A stretch of 25,000 bases of DNA from Takakia lepidozioides (GCA_030704615.1 JAKLZA010000171.1:1-25000), one strand, 5' to 3'. Shown: positions 13,018-22,012, numbered from the stretch's first letter. Notes: generated by a model from the sequence alone, not told the origin. Numbers and translations are program-made.

Positions 13018-13375
13018 GATGTAGTCGGGATTTGCATTGCAACTCTGCCGGTTATTATGTCATGTCAGTGTTATGAAAATCTGAAGTGTATCCGACTTTG
13101 GAGATGGCTTCGTGCTAGTGAATGACAACATTTTCTTAGAATGAGATCAATCTTCAATCTTGTTTTGCAATCAATATTTGGTTTCAATCTTGTTTTGCAA
13201 TACATGTTTGTGTTCCAACCAGGTGGACTTGCAGATAGCTTCGTGCTGGTTATTGGCAATGAAGGCCATTGAAATCTACATTTTTTCCAATGTCACATTG
13301 ATCTACGTCCGCCACAATTTTTTTTGCTCGATCAATCGTGTTTTGCACAATTGGTTATGACTACACATTCTATAA

Positions 13376-13540
13376 GATGAATGAATGAGATGAATGAGAT
13401 GAATGTTATAAATGAGATGAATCCGATGAATGTCATGAATGTTCTTTTACAAACAATCTTATTTCAGTCATTCATGGTACATTCATCCAATCATTTTTCA
13501 TCCCACATTCATCCATTCATTCATCTTTGCCATTCATCCT
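13376..13540. repeat. Low-complexity (ATGA/GAAT)n tract facing a complementary (TTCA/CATC)n tract
   Basis: Seen directly: 13376-13442 versus 13463-13540. Confidence 0.7.
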
Positions 13541-13547
13541 TGCTTAC

Positions 13548-13936
13548 CTTCATCGAGAAGTTTTTCGTGCACATTCATCTCAAATTTTCTTGCATGGAGG
13601 TTGGCGTCTTCGGTCCCGGCATGGTATGTTACCCTCCAATTTGCACAAGTTTGCGTCCACGACAATAAGCCCTGCTTCTTCCACGGTTATTCGCTCCACT
13701 TCCATTTTCTGCTCAAGCTTAAAATGTGCTCACGCTTAAGGGAATCTGCTCACACTTAGTGCGCTCACGTTAGCACGCTTACGCGCTAGCTGCTCTCCTT
13801 TGAACCATTTAACATTGACATCATACTTGTCCAGTAACTTTAAGAAGGCATGTACAAGACACTCTAGCTGCTCTCCTTTGAACCATTTAACATTGACATC
13901 ATACTTGTCCAGTAACTTTAAGAAGGCATGTAGAAG
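13548..13936 (-). pseudogene. Decayed exon of unknown gene X (part 2)
   Basis: LLHAFLKLLDKYDVNVKWFKGEQLARKRAN.../LKREHIFKLEQKMEVERITVEEAGLIVVDANLCKLEG/YHAGTEDANLHARKFEMNVHEKLLDE, ending at a canonical AAG|GTAAGC donor. Confidence 0.5.
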
Positions 13937-13941
13937 ACACT
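13786..13941. repeat. 78-bp tandem duplication (2 copies, 1 mismatch)
   Basis: Units 13786-13863 and 13864-13941; an in-frame 26-aa repeat on minus strand. Confidence 0.95.
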
Positions 13942-14824
13942 CGCAAAGTTGTACTGCATTGATTGATCGGTGGTTATATAATATATACATGACGTGCCTT
14001 CTAAAGTTATATAAGCAGCAAGCAGTTTCATACCACAATCTTACATCGAAAAAATTGTCATATGCAGATCAAATGGTTTTGCCCCGTCTAGCAGGTTCAA
14101 AGAAGGGCAATGCTTCTTCCATCTTCACAGATTTTCGAGTGTTGAAAGGACCACAAGCTTCAAATCGAAAAACATATTTAGCCCATGCTTTCTCCAGTTC
14201 TATATCATCTCCTGCTGACAACGAGGGCACTTGACCTGCAACATACGACTGACCACAACTAGCGAGGCAATTTGGGTTACAAGCGCCAAATTTGAAAAAA
14301 AGACATGCGTAAGCAACCCTGTCAAGATCTATTCTACATGATTACCGTCCAATCTAATCAAAAGAAAGAGACTAAAGACAAGGAGGTCGGATACAAATTT
14401 GACCCCATCTTGTTTATTACTATGCCGAATCGACCTTGGCTCAATGCTGATAGGAATAAAAAGCATAAGGAACAAATCGTTTACCTAACACTCAACGTTC
14501 GGCCGAGCCGATGCACCAAAAACAATTCCTGTGAACAGTCATAAAACTACAAAGCCAAACATAGCTTGAGCAGGAGTGTTCATGCGGGGTATTAATGCAT
14601 CGGGACAATATTTATGACACTGACTTTTGATGAAGACGTGAAAATATGCAAACCTGCAGCAGCAGCAGCAGCCAGCAAAGCACTTCCGACATCTTTATCA
14701 TACTGACGCAGTTCTCCTGTCGAAGTATCCCTCCAATGAACCGGAATACCTCCACCATGAGAAACCGAAGACAACTTGGCAGCAACAATGTAAGTCTGCG
14801 TGCAGGAACTGTAGACAAACGCCC

Positions 14825-15081
14825 TGTTAGAATTATCAAACCTTCCAGCAGCGCACCATCCGGCTAATTAAGTGATCTCCACATGCTCACCGATTCTATA
14901 GGAACACAATTATTGACTACATTGGAGTAGTTGGTATTCTTTTGCACTTGTAGTTAATTGAGCCCTTTACATTTAGTAGGCTTAGCGGTGCCACTTGTGT
15001 ATATATTGCTGGCCTTGCTATGGCAGCCATATTGTATTCCGGTTCTACGTCCTTGGATGTATAGTGCTCTTCATTTTATCA
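14825..15081 (+). repeat. 5' LTR of remnant 3 (~257 bp)
   Basis: TG start interrupts the gene Y exon; CA directly precedes the PBS; no partner LTR to confirm the ends. Confidence 0.7.
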
Positions 15082-15093
15082 TGGTATCAGAGC
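15082..15093 (+). promoter_or_regulatory. Canonical PBS TGGTATCAGAGC (3' end of plant tRNA-iMet)
   Basis: Exact canonical plant copia PBS upstream of gag. Confidence 0.92.
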
Positions 15094-15311
15094 TAGACAG
15101 AAGGGGGACCGTGGGAATGCTGAAAGTGTTAGAGGTACTAGAAAAACCTTTGGTGTGTAGCACTGCTCCACCATCCGTACGTTGTTGTAGACAGGGAGTC
15201 TTCATCATTTTTTTTTTGTCTTTGTGGACACTGCTCCAAAGCAATTGAGTATCTGTCGACTATCGTAGTGTCTATCTCACCATTGACGTGTTCTCAGATT
15301 TCGTTGCCATC

Positions 15312-16184
15312 ATGTCTCATCTCGTAGAAAACTCTATCACTGAGACCAACAAGCTTATAGTTCAGTCAAACTACAGTGTCTCTGGAAGTTTAAGATTCGT
15401 ATATTCTTATGAGAGAAGATCTTCTTGACTTTGTAAAAGAGTCACGTGGTCAGGTGAAAGTGAGGAAGAGGTCTTCGATCGTCATAAAAGAAGGGCTCTT
15501 ACGATTATAAACTTGTCTGTCTCAAATAAGATCATCCCTTACATCCAAAACCTGCAAAAGCCCAAGGAAATTTGGGATACCCTGTCAAATCTGTATGAGG
15601 TCAAAGCTTCTTCTCGTAGATTACTCATCGGGAACAAACTGACGAACCTCAAGATGGAGGAAGATACTCCAATGGACAACTTCCTTGAAAATGTCAAAGA
15701 TCTCCTAAATCAATTTGCGGGATTGGGTGAGAAAATTTCTGATGATATCATTGTGGAAATGGTATTAAATGCTCTCCCTGATAGCTACGAGTTTTACGTG
15801 CAGTCAATAACTCAGTACTCAAAGGGACCTTCCATCTATGGAAGAGCTTATAGCTAAGCTTCTTCATGAAGAAAGCAGACGTGAACTCCCGCAACAAGAA
15901 GAAGGACGAGGACGGAAGTTAGCCCATACTCACAAACACTTTGACGATGACAAAGAGCTTGGAGGTGGGAAACAAGTGTTTGACAAGAAGCTAAGCGGGT
16001 GCAACTGATGCGGAAGGTTTGGGCATTGGGCCAAACATTGTGCTGTGCCATATGAAGAAATTCTTAAACAACGAGCCCAACAAGTGAACGCGGTAGAAGA
16101 GGATTGTGAACCAAACGAGCAGTACGATAGTGACGCTCCTCACAACCACCGCTGAGATGATTGAAGCGGCCACTGCTTGTATGG
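15312..16184 (+). pseudogene. copia Gag fragment
   Basis: NY...WKFKI; KEIWDTLSNLYE; VLNALPDSY; knuckle CN*CGRFGHWAKHC. Confidence 0.88.
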
Positions 16185-16930
16185 AAGGTCATCAACATAG
16201 AGAATAAGCATCACGATCTTTCCATTTCCTTTTTCACGCATGTAATAGAGATTGTAATCTGCGTTGCTATGCAACAAACCTTACGATTTTAGGTACGTAT
16301 CTATCTTTGAGAACCATGCACGTGGAGCTTGTTTGAGGCCATATAATGCCTTGAGCAGCTTACATACCTTTGATATGTTCCCTGGTGATGCAAATCCCTG
16401 TGGTTGCTCCATAAACACTTCTTCCTTTAGTTCCCCATTCAAGAAGGCGGTTTTTACGTCCAAGTGGTAGATACGCCAACCTGAATGTGCAGCAAGGGCA
16501 ACCACCGCCCTTATAGTACCCCATTTTACGACAGGTGCAAATGTCTCTTCAAAGTCTATTCCTTCATTCCGCTGAAATCCACGAGCAACCCAATGCGCCT
16601 TGAGTTTATCTGTAGAACCATCTGCTTTTCTCTTCGCACGATAAACCCATTTGGCAGTTATCGGCCTCTTTCCAGGAGGAAGGTCGACTAATTGCCAAGT
16701 TTGATTTTTATAAATAGAATCAATCTCCTATTGCACGGCTTCTTTCCACCTAGAAGATTAAGATGCCTCCTCAAAATCAGCTAGCTCAAAAGGAACCTCC
16801 ACTGCATGCACATAATCATCCATTAGATATGCAGGTTTTTTCGTTGTTCTCTTGGATCTTCTAACCTCTTCCTCTTGAGTCTCTGTTGTAGCTGGTGGAA
16901 CAATTTTCAGATTTATAGGAGCAGATTCAT
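16185..16930 (-). pseudogene. copia reverse transcriptase N-terminal fragment (INT-RT linker to YVDD)
   Basis: RRSKR, TWQLVDLPPGK, KWVYR, ETFAPVVK, LDVKTAFLNG, LYGLKQAPRAW, LILYVDDL. Confidence 0.93.
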
Positions 16931-17783
16931 GGATGTTATATTTCGGGGAGTACGTTATACATGAGTTCTCATGTGATTTAGCTGTAAGTAGTCTTCATCA
17001 TCAGGTACCGAACATGTATGTCAAACTTCTGCCAGTTTGAACATCCTTATGTGTCAACAACCCAAGACTGTTTTATGTGACCAGGAAACCTAAATGATCT
17101 CTAAATAGCCAAGATTCAATTTCCCAGTACTGCTAACTGGGTTACTGCTAGACAATTCTCATGAGGACTGCACCTTCAGTAGGTGGATTGAGTAGACTGG
17201 ATTAATTCCATATTTGAGATGAAACCTTGTATATCCTAGCGTAACAGTGCCAGCGATTTTGCAGAGGTAATCCAGGTAATCTAGGGCTTTCTGGTCCCCT
17301 TCTAGCTAGGTCAATTGACAAACTTTGTAAAATTGACAAATTTTGTAAGCTGCCCATAAACGATCATAAATCTGTGAAATGCTATTGAACATACTTACGT
17401 GTTCAGTCATTATGCCCTAGTATGCAGTTACACTTCCACCAGACTATTGATCTCCATGGACAAATTAAATCACTTTCTTCTGTAGCCATTTCAATTTGGT
17501 TGTTACGTTTGGATCTTGATGTAATCTGTTCATACTTGCAGCAACTGAAGTTCACTATACGTTTGTGAATACGCATCTAATTACAGGAGGCTTGGCTGAC
17601 AAGGGAGCACTCCGGAGGAGCGTACACAAGTGTGTCATTTTGACATAACTAAGCCAACTCTGCATTACAGAAATTTCACTTGGTACCGCCAGCCACATGA
17701 TAGTGAATACAAATATATTGTTACGAATCTTAGGGAACTGTCGTTAGAATTTGAACATGAATCTGTAGGGTACGCCTCCGGGT

Positions 17784-17879
17784 CCCGAAATGAGCCCCAC
17801 CACGAGGCGGTAGCCGAGTGGCAGGGCTCATTCGGGTAATCCCCTCCACCCGGGGACTTACCGTGCGTGAAGAACGCAC
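17784..17879. other. GC-rich island of three consecutive stem-loops
   Basis: CCCGAAATGAGCCC/GGGCTCATTCGGG; GGTAATCCCC/GGGGACTTACC; GTGCGT/ACGCAC. Confidence 0.6.
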
Positions 17880-18042
17880 AGGGAACCCACAGGGAGCTGT
17901 TGTGATGCACTGGCCAACCTGGCACGTAGATTATAGGATTCTGATCACTGCAACAGCCTTACAAGTTTAAGCTCACTGGTTTCCATCGCGGTAAACAGCT
18001 GACGCACGTGTAAGATAATGTCAGCAGAAATGCTATATTTGC

Positions 18043-19216
18043 TTCTCTTATCAGAGGCTGGCTAGGTATTTATACCACACGAGAACCTGTACAGATCTGG
18101 CTTTAGTCAATTCCTATGTGAAAAGTAATCCACGAAAACAAAATGTTAGCAAAGTATAATTATGAGTCCTGGAGATCGTCCCAATCATATTAGAAAATGC
18201 TCCTGAAGATGTGTCCCAATCACATTAGAAAATGCTCCTGAAGATATGGAACGTCATGTACATATTATAGAAAAACTCCCTGTAATACATTCTTATACAC
18301 AGATGAACCGTACATTCATCTCTTAGGTCCACTCAGCCACTCTACATCTCTATCCAATCAATCGACATGTGCACCGTGCACCGTCGATGATGAGATGAGA
18401 TGCATTCTTATTTATCAACATAGCACTTGAAAAAAGTGGTACTGCACTGATCAGTGGTTATATAATATATATATGATGTGCCTGCTAAAGTTATATACAG
18501 CAAGCAGTTTGATACCACGATCTAATTGGTCACTGCATTACATCCAAAAAATTATCACATGCAAATCAATGATTTTGCCCCCCTTGGCAAGTTCAAAGAA
18601 GGGCAATGCTGCTTCCATCTTTTTAGATTTTTCCGGCATCTTCTCAAGTGTTGAAAGGACCACACGCTTCAAATCAAAAACATATTTAACCCATGCTTTC
18701 TCCAGTTCAACATCATCTCCTGCCGACAACGATGGCACTTGACCTGCAGCATACGATAGACCAGAACTAGTGAGGCGATTTGGGTTACAAGTCCCACATT
18801 TGAAAAAAAGACCTGCGTAAACAACCTTGTGAAGGTCTACTCTACATGATTACCGTCCAATCTGATCAAAAGAAAAAGAGACTAAAGAAGGAGGTCGTAT
18901 ACAAATTTGACCCCACCTTGTTTATAACTATGCCGAATCTACCTCAGTTCTTACGGTTCAAACCGTGGAAGGCTCAATGCTCACAGGAATAAGAAGCATA
19001 AACAAAGGACGTTTACCTGACACTCACGTTAGGCCGAGCTCACCGATGCAACAAAAACAATTCCTGTGAACAGTCATAAAACTGCAAAGCCAAACATAGC
19101 AAGAGCAGGTATTAATGCTCATTGGGACAACATTTGTGACACTGACTTTTGATGAAGACGTGAAAATATGCAAACCTGCAGCTGCAGCATCCAGCAAAGC
19201 ACTTCCGACAGCTTTA
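18043..19216 (-). pseudogene. Duplication copy B: gene Y 3' exons, 5'-truncated at ~19216
   Basis: Colinear with copy A; exon ORF 18538-18738 PSLSAGDDVELEKAWVKYVFDLK; same splice sites. Confidence 0.65.
18178..18247. repeat. 35-bp tandem duplication
   Basis: GTCCCAATCA(T/C)ATTAGAAAATGCTCCTGAAGAT twice; single in copy A. Confidence 0.92.
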
Positions 19217-20650
19217 ATGAAGCATGTGCCCTTCGCCCGGCCTTTGTGCGAAGAAAGCATCATAATCGAGGTTCCTTGGAACCCCACTGCGCTACAATCC
19301 CTTGCTATTGCATCCGATAGATCTTTGAAGCGCAAGGTCTACTCGACGTCTCTGATTGATCGATTTGAGGCCACTGAGTTTAGTCTGGTCGCACTGGAGT
19401 TGCCGGAATGTGATCACTTGCAGGTCTTGGGATCCGGGAGCTGGCCACCTGGGGTTTTGTTGCAAGGTGAAGATTATGCTAGAGGTGTAAGGCGAAATTA
19501 GAGCTCTCAACGAGCTGGGGAAAGTAAAATTTGACTTGCCAAGTGCTGACCGTTTGTGACTTCGATATGAATTGTATCCGGACACAAGCTGGAGTAGAAG
19601 ATCATACTCCCTCGTCACGTATATTGTGTTAACAGTTAAATGAGTCCCAGGTGTATAAAATTGTTGCCCAGGATCACATGTGCACGTTTTGAAGGTAATC
19701 ATTTCAGTTGTCTTGCGACTCCCTTGATCATTATTTATCAAATTATGGCTTGATGCAGATGCCACGGATGGTGGTGGAGAAGCTTCGTAGCTGGGAAACC
19801 TTGCCTTCTCTACTGTCGGACAAGCTGTACCCTCTAAGACTTGTCTCGAAGCGTGAAAATCCATATTTGGTTCCAGGCCATGTGCCATATGAAACGTTCC
19901 TGGATACACTCCTTGAAACTGCTGAGAAACGACAAAGTGGCTTTGGTAAGAGACTTGCCCCACAGGTTCTCGATGCTTGTCTTATAATTTTCAATTCTAC
20001 CAGTCACATCGATGGAGATTATATGCATGCGCACTTACTACAACACTGGCATTTCTGATTAGATCACGTACCCGTGTTGAGATGGATGAACAACTGCTTG
20101 CTCAGGATGTGAGATATACATGGAGCATGTAACCAAACAAAGTAACTCACACAACTCGGTAGGTGCTTAAATGTGCAGCATAGCAAAAGCTACGTGTGCG
20201 TAAGAGTCAAGATGAGCAACTTCATTTTATTGTCTGCTGTCAAATGACCAGAGAAGCTCTTCAAAATAGCAACGAGATCCTTGAATGAGGATGCAGCTGC
20301 ATGCGTTCTTCCAGAAGACATGTTGCGTCTTGTCTTTCATGGAACGAAGTATGGCAACCTAGACTTAATTATGAAACATGGCATGGATCCACAGAAGCGG
20401 CGTAAGGGTCCCCGCGATTGGTTTGGCACGTGTGCATCCATAAGTTTTTCATACTGTGACCAGATTGAGCTACGTCAAAGATCGATCAATGCTCGTATTT
20501 CTCATAGCTATGGGAGACCCCGGTCATCGATTTGAACGCGAGGAGGTCTTAACAGTAGCGTCGACTGCACATCAGCTTCCGATTGCTACAGTGGCGATGA
20601 GTGTTCTGAAGCTTGATCTGCCAAAACCTGGAGGTCTCATGGATATGTAG
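19216..20650 (+). pseudogene. Spliced PARP-fold ADP-ribosyltransferase-like gene; exons ~19216-19694, 19759-19945, 20252-20650
   Basis: LRLVFHGT, NLDLIMKHGMDP, DWFGTCASISFSYC, SMLVFLI, VLTVASTAHQLPIATV in PARP catalytic-motif order; phase-1 intron G|GTAAGA...CCAG|AG joins the frames; GATC duplication at 20480-20487 causes a frameshift. Confidence 0.78.
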
Positions 20651-20756
20651 TACAAGACAGGATCATGGCTAAAACGTCTGTACAGGCCACTTGAGATAAT
20701 TTAGATACCCGTCAGATGCGCAACTCTCTAGTCCTGATATTTTGTTGGAGATTTTG

Positions 20757-21298
20757 TGTAGGGTGGGCCTCCGTGAGGCCCACCATAGGGTGAGGCCCCC
20801 GAAACAACTAGGATTTTTTACCATCGATGGCTGGGATCATTTCAATCTGACGGCTCAAAGGAGCAGGAACCTTACCTGACGTAAGGTGCCTTCCTCTCGA
20901 GGAGAGGAGGAACCTTAAGCGGTGTAAGGTGCTATCATCACCCGGCGGGAAAATCCCTCCGCGTAAGGCGCCATCCTCTCTAACTAACAAATCCTGGCCG
21001 GGTCTTTATGGAAGTTATGAGGTCTACAACCAATTTGGATCTGTGAATTCGAAATTATTCTACGAGGCAGTTTATCCACAATGTAATCCATGATCGTGAC
21101 AAATTTGGTGGGATAGTGTAAGAGTTAGGAATGGTTGAGATTGGAAAGGGTGCAGCGATATGCAGGTATATTGTACTTTCAGAATTATATTTGCTCTCCG
21201 GGGCAAAATCAATTTTGAAGGGTATAAATAAGTAATTTATATCCTCATTTTTAGCCTTGAGGGTACGATTAAATATCGGGTACGGTTGATTAGATACA
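20757..21298. repeat. Hairpin-rich segment, possible solo-LTR or other TE remnant
   Basis: TGTA...TACA ends; perfect 10-bp inverted repeat 20762-20784; repeated ACCTTA/TAAGGT hairpins; no 5-bp TSD. Confidence 0.3.
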
Positions 21299-21631
21299 CC
21301 TTTGTTGGAGGGAGCTTGTTAAGCAGGCAAGCCACCATTTTGGGACGGATCAAAGGATCCTCCAGCTCCAACATTGCCACTACGGGCAAGCTTGTTTTCA
21401 TTTCCAGATGGGAGGAGACTATCGAACTTCAATTTCAATTGAAAGTACAATGGGTCCAAGAGCACCCCGAAATCAAATCATCAACTCTTCATTTTTTAGG
21501 CCCTTAACATTGATTTTATCCAAACGGGTCCCAAAGTTGATGAGGAGGAGATGCACAATGGGGAAGTTGTTACCTCTCTTGTCATGTCGTGAATCCCACT
21601 ACCTACCTCCCCTGGTAGGTGAGACGCACAT

Positions 21632-22012
21632 GAGCGCACCCTCTTACGAAATTCCGTAGTTGCTTGATAGGTTATGAACACTGATGGAGCAGGTTCATCC
21701 TCCAGAAACAGTGTTGTTTGAATCTTCACAGGTATGCATGAACAATAGAAGAGAGTGAGCCTGAGAGCGCACCCTCTTATGAAATTCCGTAGTTGCTTGA
21801 TAGGTTATGAACACTGATGGAGCAGGTTCATCCTCCAGAAACAGTGTTGTATCTTCACAGGTATGCATGAACAATAGAAGAGAGTGAGCCTGAGAGCGCA
21901 CCCTCTTATGAAATTCCTTAGTTGCTTGATAGGTTATGAACACTGATGGAGCAGGTTCATCCTCCAGAAACAGTGTTGTTTGAATCTTCACGGGTATGCA
22001 TGAACAATAGAA
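21632..22012. repeat. Tandem repeat, ~133-bp unit, ~2.9 copies
   Basis: Units start at 21632, 21765 and 21894; unit 2 lacks TTGA; few substitutions. Confidence 0.96.

Larger units (their letters stand above)
11603..13946. mobile_element. 2.3-kb insert bounded by direct repeat ACACTCGCAA, absent from copy B
   Basis: Repeat at 11603-11612 and 13937-13946; removing the insert restores exon YNFASVFKCY; no TIR, LTR or poly(A) seen. Confidence 0.8.
11254..14697. repeat. Segmental duplication copy A (11254-11603 plus 13947-14697), split by a 2.3-kb insert
   Basis: Colinear similarity to 18043-19216 from TTCTCTTATCAGAGG to CACTTCCGACA.CTTTA. Confidence 0.92.
11398..14824 (-). pseudogene. Spliced gene Y, copy A (unknown protein, weakly WWE-like); exons 14824-14654, 14235-14045, 13953-[insert]-11494, 11415-11398
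   Basis: GT/AG junctions in compatible phases, present in both copies: GCAG|GTTTGC, TGCAG|GTCAAG, GAT|GTAA, GCAG|TAC, AAT|GTACGG, TTCAG|GAG; peptide ...ALLAAAAAG^QVPSLSAGDD...^YNFASVFKCYVD...DLEMN^EHFLI*. Confidence 0.6.
14825..16930 (+). mobile_element. Ty1/copia remnant 3: 5' LTR + PBS + gag (+) followed by an inverted RT fragment (-)
   Basis: TGTTAG...TATCA then TGGTATCAGAGC; Gag motifs on +; RT motifs on -; no second LTR found. Confidence 0.88.

Noticed and set aside
11603-13946. Classical MULE call from 10-bp repeat plus SWIM
   Set aside because: No TIRs or DDE domain visible, and similarity extends beyond the core; kept only as the alternative hypothesis.
17804-17880. tRNA gene starting GAGGCGGTAGCCGAGTGG
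   Set aside because: No T-arm GTTCRA and no acceptor-stem complement.
19420-19450. QVLGSGSWP resembling cullin VLTTGSWP
   Set aside because: Isolated short match with no other cullin features.
19292-19963. 223-aa minus-strand ORF
   Set aside because: No motifs; splice signals and the ART domain indicate the plus strand is the coding one.
20762-20811. Helitron 3' end or hammerhead ribozyme
   Set aside because: CTAG is followed by G not T and lies ~24 bp from the main hairpin; no CUGANGA core accompanies GAAAC.
21632-22012. CRISPR-like array
   Set aside because: Whole units repeat with no unique spacers; eukaryotic context.
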